The notes under the pieces: model-generated
Told to the model about the DNA's origin: nothing
Databases searched by the model: none
What the model saw: only the letters and a program-made list of their open reading frames with translations
NCBI GenBank assembly: GCA_951406725.2
Contig: OX597816.1
Span: forward strand, 29,140,001-29,204,000
Length of the DNA: 64,000 bases
DNA from: Octopus vulgaris
Lineage: Eukaryota
Reading direction: 5' to 3'
Position numbers and translations under genes: made by a program
Shown here: in pieces, positions 1 through 11,716 of the stretch
Layout: each line of letters opens with the position of its first letter
Numbering within the stretch: position 1 is the first letter of the stretch

Positions 1-454
1 CAGGAGTGGGTGGTAGGTGATGCAATTCGTAAAAGTCCGTCTTTTACAAAGATGTATAAAGGTTGATCAATTCTATATGCTACGCCTGACACATTGGGCG
101 TTCGTCTGGTATGTTGATTTTTTTCATTTTTATATATCTTGAATTATGCTTCCACTAAGGATTAACAAGTGCATTTATGCACTAATTATTAAATCGTATA
201 ATATGCAGCTTAATTCTGTTTTTAAGGGGCTCGCTTCGAGAGTTGCATTCCCTCGTATTCGGTACAACGTATTTATTTATTTTGGTAGTTTTGACTTTAA
301 GAGTCCCTCCTAGCGTGTGGCATTTATGTATAGTTATGCCCTCAAAATAAATAAATATATTTAAGAGGAAAAATTGATAGATTTTTTCCCTTCTGAGGTT
401 TATCACGCTAACTACTTGATAAATTCTAATAAGGTTTTTATCCAAAAATTAAAT

Positions 455-516
<62 letters not shown>

Positions 517-664
517 TAAAACTACTCTTATGCAACTCAAACAGTGAGAGAAATAAAGCAATACATAAATAACAAATAATATATATTTTATAAATCATAT
601 AACTTATAACTAGATCTCAAAAAGTACAAAATGAATGATCAATATATAATATAATAAGTAAACA

Positions 665-764
665 AACTACGTACGTTTCATGGCTACAATTAAATTCGAA
701 TAATAATTAAGTTTAAATTCAATTGAAATAAATTCAATTTAAAATTATATTCAATCTTCAGGTT
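665..764 (-). ncRNA. Type I hammerhead ribozyme motif in a Penelope-type 3' module ending in (TA)n
   Basis: Minus strand reads AAC-CUGAAGA-long AU-rich stem II-GAAA-CGUACG-UA-GUU. Stem III is palindromic (ACGUACGU), triplet GUA. The module runs into (TA)n at about 512. Confidence 0.7.
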
Positions 765-946
765 AAAGATAATTGTTAAATAAATAAGCAAATAGAGTTA
801 AACAATATTTATTTAAGAAATAAATAAAATAATAATTGTTCTTATAGAAAAAACTCCATTAACTAAATTGGAAACTTAAAATATTAGATTATTTCCTACA
901 ACACGTTTATTATGTTAAATATTTAATTTTTATATATACATATACA

Positions 947-1056
947 TCCGACGAGGGATTCGTAGAAGACACTCGCACAAGGCGGCACGCAGTGGAATTG
1001 AAACCTGAACCATGATGTTGGGAAGCAAGCTTTTTATCGCACTAGCACGCCTACGC

Positions 1057-1057
<1 letters not shown>
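947..1057 (-). mobile_element. Degenerate 5' fragment of tRNA-derived SINE group A
   Basis: Diverged match to the head of the copy at 21496. Confidence 0.6.
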
Positions 1058-1107
<50 letters not shown>

Positions 1108-1301
1108 GTGGGGGCAGATGTATTTATACATGAATTTTCATCGTTTGTTTTACACTCGTGGTTTTCTCTCTATTTAAAAGTACATAAGAACATATACTTT
1201 GTAGTTCTAGCCTAATTGGTTTTTATTGGTTTATTTGCATCACTATCTCTGTGTAAGTATTCAATAATATTTGTACACAAATATACATGTATATGTATAT
1301 A

Positions 1302-2533
1302 TTAGGCTGGCAACTAAGTCTCCACTATTTCTTTAAATTTAAATTTTTTAAAGGTTTAATAAAAAATGACAACTAATTAATCAATAATGTATTAACCCTT
1401 GTTGTTTACAACTTCCTCCCAACGTTCAACAAGATTTTTAATACCTCGTTGATAGAAATCACCCGATTTCGACTCGAAAAATTGATCTAACCAAGCTCTC
1501 AATCCTGCATCAGTATTTAACGAAACTACGCGCATAGCATTTGAAAAGGATTGAAAGAGGTGGAAATCCGTTGGTGCCAAACCAGGAGAGAACGGCGGGT
1601 GTGACAGCATTTCCTAGCCATGCATTTGAAGGCCTTTCTTGGTCATATTGGTGATATGAATGAGGGCGTTGTCGTGCAGCAGAACTCTATGCTGACGATT
1701 AGGAATTTTCTCTTGAATAGCCGTGTTGAGTGGTTTCATCTGTTGAAAACAGAATTCCTCGTTAACCATTTGGTTCCGTTCAAGCAAATCGTAATGGATA
1801 ATTCCGTCCCAGTCCAAACATACGCACAACATCGCTTCAAGCGGTTGAAGATCTTGTTTCACGCGCAGTGTCGCTTGTTTACTGGGTCTAAGCCATTCCT
1901 TGCGCTGCTTTATATTGATGTACAGGCACGATTATTCGCCGCCATTAACGATTCGGTTAAGAAATCGTTGCTTGTGTCCATGAATTGAGCGGTGACAAAT
2001 AAGCACACCAGCGGAGATTTTTGGCTCGTTGAATTTTGCATACGGAACACATGCTCCATATTTCTGCACCTTTCCCATCGCGTGAAGATGCTTCTCTATA
2101 GCAGTGTTGGCGCATTCCATTTTCGTGCAAAAATTGGTTTAATCGCTCTTCATCGAACTCAACTCGACGGCCAGAACGAGGTGCGTCATTGGGGTCAAAA
2201 TTTCCATTCTTGAACTTGGCATACTAGTCACGAACGGTTCTTTCAGTTATGGCACCCTTTCCATACACAACACAAATATCGCGAGCAGCTTTTGCGGCCT
2301 TAGAACCTTGATTAAAAGCAAAAAGAAGGAGATGTAAACGCTCGTTTTTCTTAACTTGATATTCCATTTTAATGATCTGAAAATATACAAAAAAATAACT
2401 AAAATTAACTACAAAAAGAAGAAAATATACCAAAATGATTCAAAAATAGAATTCTCGAAAGAAATAGATGCCAACACTTAAAAACGCAATAAATTCCAAA
2501 ATTAAAAACAAAAACGCGGGAACTTAGTTGCCA

Positions 2534-2540
<7 letters not shown>
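1302..2540 (-). mobile_element. Mariner DNA transposon, full length, frameshifted transposase
   Basis: TIRs ttaggctggcaactaagtc / aacttagttgccaaccctat in TA context, about 1.24 kb. Peptides MEYQVKKNERLHLLLFAFNQGSKAAKAARDIC, FLNRIV, LLHDNA and HPPFSPGLAPTDFHLF (YSPDLAPSD-type motif). Confidence 0.93.
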
Positions 2541-2622
<82 letters not shown>

Positions 2623-2792
2623 GTACACAAGCAACAAGCAGAAATGCATGCAACATACGCACGCGCACAACACATACACACACACACATGTAGTTATGGA
2701 ATTATGCATTTTCAAGCAGATACACAATTGAACCCACCTGACAGTTACAAATTTTGTTTTCTATGTATTTCTTCGTCTCTCTCTCTCTCTCT

Positions 2793-2878
<86 letters not shown>

Positions 2879-3571
2879 TAAGCATATATTTGTTTACGTG
2901 TGAGTGTACGTTTATACGCTATACTGTTCACTACGGTATATGCACATGTGATTTTGTATTTTTAAAATATTTACATTACCTTTTTTATCGCAGAACAGTC
3001 TCAATGAATTACTTCTGCTAAATGCAATTTCTATCTAGATGCAGGTGCACTGTTAAGTAGTGAATAAAATGCCTTCATGTGTGATTAATCTAATCTAATG
3101 ATAGACTGTAGCAGAGCAAACTTGTGCAGTGAAGAAACAAAATTATTGTGTTCGTGTTTCTTCACGTTAAAATTTTTTCCTATAACTTTTAAACTCTGAA
3201 ATATTACACCAAAGAATTTCTCTTCATATCTATTGACACTTTTATCATTTTATGATTTATATTACCTACAGGTTTATGCTTAAATTTGTTGTTTTTGTGT
3301 ACCTAATCTTCTTGCCTCGTTTTTACTTATAAATGTAAGCAAAAAAATAGTTCACCAGTATTCTAAGCCATTATGATAAACACTTATATTTTTCTACATT
3401 CATTTTCAAAAATATGATTACCTAATTATATACTTAATCATTTACCAATTTAGTTGTTTGTATTGGGATCAATTTGACAATTTTGAAATTCTATTTTGAA
3501 TCAGATAAAGTTACAAAAGAGAACAGAACAAAACAAATTAAATTTAGGTCTTAGACAGATATTTATATCTT

Positions 3572-3640
<69 letters not shown>

Positions 3641-3687
3641 ATATCTATCTATCTATCTATCTATCTATATCTATCTATGTATGTATA

Positions 3688-4059
3688 TGGTGGTTGTCTA
3701 CTCCTTTTGCAGAGTTTGACCACCTCCTGTACCTACACCTCAGCATCATCGAAGCATCTGATGTTGCTTTTTAAACCAGACATTGTTCTGAAAAGACACC
3801 CACATAGATTGCACATCCGATTTGGACCACCAAGAGCTGCAGATAAGTTCTGATCTGTGTGGATCTTAAAATATCTTTTTAGGCGTCCGTTAGATTTGCA
3901 AGCTTTCTGGCATACTCTGCATTCAAAGGTGTGCACAGACATATAAGCAGAAGAACTGGTGGAGGCTCGTTTTCCATGGGTTCGTAAATGAGATTTGAGC
4001 CCAGCAAAAGAAAGGCATGGTCTGTCACAAACTGTGCGCACAAGTTCATTGTCACTCAC
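3688..4059 (-). mobile_element. 3' end of an RTE-type LINE with three C-terminal C2H2-like zinc fingers
   Basis: CDRPCLSFAGLKSHLRTH, CRVCQKACKSNGRLKRYFKIH and CNLCGCLFRTMSGLKSNIRC resemble RTE C-terminal fingers. A short 3' UTR runs into a microsatellite, and the KRAB-type TGEKP linkers are absent. Confidence 0.7.
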
Positions 4060-4102
4060 CTTCTCATTCGTAGCATTAAGTATAATTACGCTTGTGCGAA
4101 AG

Positions 4103-4240
<138 letters not shown>

Positions 4241-5771
4241 ACACACATATGTATATACACATACATATATTACATATTCATATATATGAGAAATGATAAA
4301 CGCAACTTTAGCACATATTATTTGTCCACTATACATACATACATACATATATACATACATACATACCACACACTCATACATGAAGCGGTAGGTGGCGTAT
4401 TCGGCGTGGGAGACTATTTACCGAAAATACGATGGATAATATCTCCAACATTGGAACCACAACAGTCAATCCTGTTAAATAACTGGTTAATCTTCAGATG
4501 AATTAACTGCAGAATCTTTTTATTCTCGATCGTAGTGATTATTGACTGAAATTTGATTTTACCATGCAGGGAGTTACTAGAAACAGTATGGTTGGACACG
4601 ACAACATCAAGAACACAACCGAGGAACAGAACGGGAACAACAGCTCAACAGGTATGCAGATTCTTTCTAGATGTAGTTACAGAAGAAATAGTCAGTTCAT
4701 AACCGAAGGTATGAATTGAGTACGGATTTATTTGTCATTTATATACTGTATATATGCGCAGATAAAGATATACAACTACATGCACGGGGAAACATACATA
4801 AAACAGAAAATAAAAATCTGCAGATGCAATAATTCCAAATACTGCACATATACACCGACACATGGAAAAATACTCGGTTGATTGATGTTATTGAAACTCC
4901 GAAGAAAGCGCTTTGGATCTAGATTAGACACCGACGCTTTCTCTATTGTCAAGGAATCTTGAAATAAAAGTGAATTACGGCTTACATATATTTATGCGTT
5001 TGTGTGTGTGTCTGTGGATGCACATGTAAATAAAAATGCATCTTATAGATATAGTAAAAAATGTGATTATATATATATATATGTATATCTCTTATTATAA
5101 AAGGCAGATTTTATCTGCCTCCCTTTGTCTCTTATAGAAATCTACAATATAGGATTTCTTCAATTACAATTTACCTAGCATTTTTAAGAGTACAATACAT
5201 CGGGTCGTGCCAGGTACAGTTTTTCAAATTTCAACCCCAATTAAGAAAAATTTCGAGAAAACTCACATTGTGGTGTGTAAGTGAAGTGCTTTTCTTAGTG
5301 TGAGCTACAGCACACACGCACACACACAAACGGAGCGAACTGCTTCACTCATGCTATCACTCTAATTTCTCCTCCTTCCTCTTTGCAAGTGTGCAACGAT
5401 TAAAGTGAAAGTATTTATATAAAACGGATCACTCATGCTATCACCATAATTTTTCATACTTTCTCTTTGCAAATGTACCTTAAACCACTACTAAAAAAAA
5501 ACACAGCAAACAGAAACAAATAAATACATAACTCCTCACATAATTTCTTCAATTAGAGTTTACCTATGATTTTTCAAAGTACTTCCATTCGGTCATGGCA
5601 TACAAAATTTCTTTCAATTTCACCCCCAATTAAGACAAAATTCGAGAAAACTCAATATTTTAACATTTCACTTTGAAGTCTTTACTCTGCCTATTACTCC
5701 CACTTCCTCTTTAGACACATAGACACGCTAATATATACGACAGTGTCAATTGTTGACAGACATTGTAAGCT

Positions 5772-5814
<43 letters not shown>

Positions 5815-6094
5815 GTGTCTGTGTGTGTGTATGTGTATGTGTGACAGGGATGACCCATTCAGACTGGTCATCCTTTTTGCTAGAAGAAGATCACCTATGC
5901 TACACCACTGGTTTTCAGTTCATATTAATCAAATTAATATTCACAACAAGAAGGACTATTCATTATAATACATCAGTTCCACACATTTACCCTGGTTCCA
6001 TTTCGGACAACTGCACAAACATTTGCCATTTGACACATGTATGTAAACAAATTCCTTTCTTAAAAATTTCAATTCATTTTCTTTTTCAATTCAT

Positions 6095-6612
6095 ACAAAG
6101 TTATTTAGGACGAATATAAGATCTAAAGTATATCCAAGTAGCAGAAAGATCACCCAAAAGTGTATATAGATATTTAAATGTATTTATATATTCATCTATA
6201 CACACATGTATGTATAATGTGTGTGTATATATTTCCATAGAGGTAACCATTCACTCCGCACAAAGTTTTTTAGGACGAAAATAACATCTAAAGTTATCTC
6301 TAAGAAGCAGAAAGATCGCCGAAAAGTGTATATAGATATATAAATGTATTTATATATTCATCTATGCACACATGTATGTATAACGTATGTGTATATATTT
6401 CCATAGAGGTAACCATTCACTCCATACAAAGTTTTTTAGGACGAAAATAAGATCTAAAGTTATCTCTAAGAAGCAGAAAGATCGCCCAAAACTGTATATA
6501 GATATTTAAATGTATTTATATATTCATCTATACACAAATGTGTGTATAATGTGTGTGTATATATTTCCATAGAGGTAACCATTCACTCCATACAAAGATT
6601 TTAGGACGAAAA
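6095..6612 (+). repeat. About 165-bp tandem repeat, 3 copies, inside the Helitron
   Basis: taggacgaa recurs at 6106, 6271, 6437 and 6602 with near-identical intervening sequence. Confidence 0.92.
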
Positions 6613-6859
6613 TCTTTATATATAAAAGAAAGGTTGTGTGTCTGTCTACTCCGATTTAGATTCCTAACTACTCCCACATTTTGCGATGCAGTTTAACCAA
6701 AACCGAGTATCTTATAGTCGTGATTCATATCGAGCCCTTCTGGGCATTAGCGCGCGTCTACGATGAGTCTACGATTTTACAAATAATTTACCATAATTTT
6801 TTTCCCATTTTAATGCATATTTTTTAAATAAAGAGAAGTAACTCTCAAACTTCACACCA

Positions 6860-7382
6860 ATATGCGTGCTCATATGCGACGTAATATCACATCAGCAGCA
6901 TTTCCTCACACCCTCCTTGCACTTGCCGATGGCAAAATACCAGGGGTGAAAATGGTAATATTGCCATCGATTCCATTTGTACCATTGTTAAGACGCCTTC
7001 TGATCTCAGAGATGCAGTGTTCCCAGATCTACAAGCTAATTATCAGAATATGGATTGGATTGGCCAAAAGCCTATACTGGCCCCGAGGAATAAAACTGTT
7101 CACTATATTAATGATGAAATGCTAAAACTCATTCCTGGGGAAGTCTATGTATATCAGTCTATCGATACAACTCCTAACCCAGAGGACGTCATCAACTATC
7201 CAATAGAGGTACTCAATTCCTTTGAGCACCCCGGACTACCACCACACTTTCTCAAACTTAAAGTTGGTGCCCTTATAATGCTCATCAGATATTTGGTTAC
7301 CCCAAAACAATGCAATGGCACACGTTTGATCGTTAAGTCCTTATCTCCCACCGTAAACTTATACCAATATTTACCTGAATAA
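6860..7382 (+). pseudogene. Helitron PIF1-like helicase fragment
   Basis: ILAPRNKTVHYIN...YPIEVLNSFEHPGLPPHFLKLKVGALIMLIRYL...CNGTRLIV is typical of Helitron RepHel helicase; truncated. Confidence 0.9.
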
Positions 7383-7565
7383 TCATCATAATTCAGTGCA
7401 ATCATTAGCAGTACTTTCAAGCAATTCAGCCCCGAGCAACGCCGGGCAATTCTGCTAGTATATATATATAATCCAAACATGAACAAAGAGAGAACTCAAC
7501 AACGCGAGGACGTGGAACAAGTATAGTGTTATTGGACGCCCAGGAAAGGAAAGAAAGAAGGAAGA

Positions 7566-7598
7566 TTCAACGTTTCGAGCGGAGCTCTTCGTCAGAAA
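7566..7598 (-). ncRNA. Minimal type I hammerhead ribozyme (Penelope type)
   Basis: Minus strand UUU-CUGACGA-A-GAGC(UCC)GCUC-GAAA-CG-UU-GAA, with palindromic AACGUU stem III. The module (7459-7666) ends in (TA)n. Confidence 0.75.
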
Positions 7599-7668
7599 CA
7601 TAGAAAAAGGAAAGGTCCAAGGGAGGGAAGACGGAAAAATAAAATCGCCAACGATACACTCGCGGATA

Positions 7669-8934
7669 TCAGGCAATCACATAAGTTCTGTCTGAATTGT
7701 GAATAAAGAAAACAAGTGATCAAATGTTATATTTAATTGAAATTTAATCATTAACGTACTTTCCCTGATTAACTACGACTTCCTTCCATCTATTTACAAG
7801 CTTTTTAATCCCATCAAGGTAAAACACTTAATTTCAAAGCGAAGAACTCTGAAAAATCAGTATCGAGATCTCCTTGGCTTGCATAACTCATCTCCCCAAA
7901 ATGATTCTGGAAATTACGAAAGAAATGGTAGTCTGAAATAGCAAGGTCGGGAGAATAAGGTGGATGAGAACTTTTTTCCTAACTAAGTGTTCGATCCTCT
8001 GTTATGTGATATTTGAGGTGTGGAATGGCGCATTGTCCTATTCGATTCACTAAAGCGGGTCTTTTTTTCTTCAAAGCTAGATTCAGACGCTCTAATTGCT
8101 GACAGTAGCCTTGAGCTTTGATTGTTGCATTAGGTGTTAACAATTCAAAATGAATTACTCCTTTGCAATCCTACCAGATAGAGAGAAGAATCTTTTTCCC
8201 ATGGAGATCCCTTCTCGGTTGTGGATGAGCATTTTCCCTTTCATCAAGCCACTGTATAGGACGTTTAACATTTCGATAGAAAATCGATTTTTCTTCCCTA
8301 GTCACAATTCTATCCAAAAAGGGGGAAATGAGCTCGCGAGAATGGAGAGAAGAGCAGATGTCAACTCGATATTTGCGGGTGCTTTCAGCCAAATTCATGA
8401 AGCACCTATTTTCCAAATTTAGAAACCTTTCCAAGTTGTTGAAGATGACAATGACCAGTTATATGGTTTGAACTAAGCTTTATTACCAATTCTTCAAATG
8501 ATAATGTATGATTTTCTTCAATTAATGCCTCAAGGAGCTTATCATCAAACTCAACAGGACCTCTTGTTCGATTTTCATCTTCAAGGCTGAAATCTCCACT
8601 TCTGAATTGTGCAAACCATCCTCTGCTAGTTCTTTCATTGAAGCATTATTTCCTATAAACTGAGTGTATGTTTCGAGACGCTTCGGCTGCGGAGTTTCCT
8701 TTTTTGGACTCATAAAGCATTATGTGCCTCAAATGCTCTTTGGATGCTTTCATGTTCAAAAGGTTTTTAATCAAAGAAATTTTAATTCTGTTATTCTGTA
8801 AAATAATATTTAATTAATTTAAATGTACACAAATGCATAAGAATAATCTTTAATAGGTTTAGATATTCTAAAATAATATTAAATTTCATTCAACACTAAA
8901 AAAAAAATGTAAAATCGGACAGAACTGAACCTGA
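7669..8934 (-). mobile_element. Mariner DNA transposon, decayed
   Basis: Imperfect TIRs tcagg..agttctgtctgaatt / aaatcggacagaactgaacctga flanked by TA. Peptide PFLDRIVTREEKSIFYRNVKRPIQW...LHGKKILLSIW. About 1.27 kb. Confidence 0.88.
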
Positions 8935-8948
8935 TATATATATATATA

Positions 8949-9043
<95 letters not shown>

Positions 9044-9773
9044 ACACAAAGAGGATAATATTGAAAAATAATCTCCATCTGCTCACATTCCTTGGGAGTA
9101 TCTTTGACAGCCTCTGAACTTTCTAGCCGACTCCCGTAAATAAGACGAATGAAAATCTACCGCACATGTTCTGAAATTGCTCGATTTCTGCCAAATAATA
9201 ATTTCTCCAGATGATACGGTGTTCATTACCGATAAGTAAAAACACAACATTATTAGTGGTATAATTGAGCTTCAAGCTTTATACTACTGTGTCTTGGAGA
9301 CTGTGCAGTATATAACTAATATCTGTCATAAGTCTGTGAAAATAATGTTTATATAATTAGATTTGTTATAAGTAAAGTTCTAAATTTTCACAGAATAACT
9401 TTCATATCTATAAAAAGTTTATTTCATAAATAAAACATCTTGTCAAAAACAATTACTAATGACAAATTCATTTTCGCATTACGCATTAGTTTTTCTCACA
9501 TCTTTATTGGTTTTTTCTCAATTCCCACGAGTGTAATTCGAAATTATGTTTTTGTTTTCTATATTTAGTAAACTTAATATTTTGCACTCCATTTTATCGC
9601 TCTACCTGACTCATAGCTCGTACACATCATCGCCAAGTGTGAAACTGTTTCTGATTCCTTGAATTTACAAATTGTGAGGCCATCTCACTCTACTAATGAT
9701 CAAATTAGTAGAGTTGTATAGTTTATTCAACTGTATAATATTTATATTTGATTTTACAATATTTTCAAGGTAC

Positions 9774-9839
<66 letters not shown>

Positions 9840-11264
9840 ATATGTATATGCGTGCTTGTGTATGTGCAAATATACGTGTACGTAATCGCATAGGATTTAA
9901 CATTATTCCTTGATTCCTTACGTTCTATGCAAACACCCATAACATTAGTATTGTATCTACCCTCCGTAATGTGCTTTACAGGCACTGTGAGACTTTTCCC
10001 ATTTCCGCATACTTTTTTAAACACTATCCATCATTATATATTCATACTGAATAAATAAACATACCATTAGTTTGAGAGAGGAAGGCTATAAATTTTATGC
10101 ATACATCCTAGTGTCCTTTCAAATTTATGAAAGCTATATTTGCCTTTCATATCTATATGTAATAAACTACTTTCTAATTTTCTGAGCATTTTGAAAAAAA
10201 TAATTGGTTGTTTTTACTTGCATATTATATGAGTTTAATATTTACATTGCTCTCGAATTATTAAAGAGATCGCGGGAATAATTTCACGCCAATGTTTACT
10301 GAAGTCACTGAACTTATGCAAATCGTTGCAAAATTTAATTAGTAAATCAACAAAAATTTTACCTTGATGTCTAATACCTGGCATTTAATATTCCATAAGA
10401 GAAGCACATTTTAACTGAGCATTGATAAGTAGACAAATATATCACAAATATCATACTGCCGGAAATAAATATGTTCGATAATTTAGCTCCCGATATACTT
10501 GAAACCGCTCGAATGCATTTCACTTGATTGTAACGAGCATCATCCTCAACAACGCTAACAGATACAGCAGCAGCATCAACATTGTAAGACTGTAACATTA
10601 TAGAAGCAACATCAAGAACATCGGTGAAAACTGCAATAATATTAAAAGTAGGTACGATTCTCAGAATATACAATAACATATAGTAATACTGATATAAGTT
10701 TTATAAATAATCTTGAATTTGAGGAGGTGATACGTAGTAATGACCTGTTAAGCCTTTCTAAACTACTGTAGAAGGTATGATTGATAATATGTTTCAGTGT
10801 CTACAGTTCAGTATCTCGTTCGGAATGGTGGATGAATGAATAACGATTTAGTTTTTTTGGGGAACGAGATATGTGTGTCTTACTGCAGCAGTTGAGTCGG
10901 GATGGTAACATTAAACCAACCCAATTTCATTCCTGAGTAGTATCTTTAATGCTTACATTACATAGATTATACTAATAAATGCAGAATATATATGAATAAG
11001 TGTTAGTCGTTCTGCGTTTCCAGTTTTATAGTAAGCGAGAATGCTGTTGTGTGGTGTGACTGTATCATACCCGATATGTAGATAGTATTCATATATGACA
11101 AGCACATTAACCGTGGTCAAGGAGGGCAAAGTATCAGAACGAAAGTATTTATGTTGGTTCCTAGAGATCTACCCGTCAAAAATACAGGATTTGATTTATC
11201 ATGGGTGCTTAATCGTCATAAACATTTTGAAAGCTTGTGTAGTTAGCATTTTAAGATATTTAGT

Positions 11265-11482
11265 CTCTTTTACTCTTTTTACTCTTTTACTTGTTTCAGT
11301 CACTTGACTGTGGCCATGCTGGAGCACCGCCTTTAGTCGAGCAAATCGATCCCAGGATTTATTCTTTGTAAGCCTAGTACTTATTCTATCGGTCTCTTTT
11401 GCCGAACCGTTAAGTTATGGGGATGTAAACACACCAGCATAGGTTGTCAAGCGATGTTGGGAGGACAAACACAGACACACAA

Positions 11483-11551
<69 letters not shown>

Positions 11552-11716
11552 TACGATGGGCTTCTTTCAGTTTCCGTTTATCAAATCCACTCACAAGGCT
11601 TTGGTTGGCCCGAGGCTATAGTAGAATACATTTGCCCAATGTGCCACGTAGTAGGACTGAACCCGGAACCATGTGGTTCGTAAGCAAGCTGCTTACCACA
11701 CAGCCACTCCTACGCC
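11265..11716 (-). mobile_element. tRNA-derived SINE group A, full length
   Basis: Near-identical to the copies at 21496, 22807 and 31297; Pol III A/B boxes, central microsatellite, (GTAAAAGA)n tail. Confidence 0.92.

Larger units (their letters stand above)
5088..7458 (+). mobile_element. Composite Helitron (two 5' TC termini, one 3' hairpin-CTAG terminus)
   Basis: A|TCTCTTATTATAAAAGG start at 5088 and second A|TCTTTATATATAAAAG start at 6613. 3' hairpin cccgagcaacgccggg is followed by CTAG|T at 7458. Internal duplications at about 5155/5543 and 5347/5429. Confidence 0.8.

Noticed and set aside
4590-4660. Possible exon ending in AG|GTATGC (similar at about 10650)
   Set aside because: No acceptor, frame or homology support; looks like degenerate AAC-rich repeat.
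6095-6612. Regularly spaced repeats resembling a CRISPR array
   Set aside because: Whole 165-bp units repeat with no unique spacers; eukaryotic context, no cas genes.
9685-9712. 11-bp hairpin actctactaat/attagtagagt
   Set aside because: Core motifs do not match a ribozyme, and a single short hairpin is not significant in AT-rich DNA.
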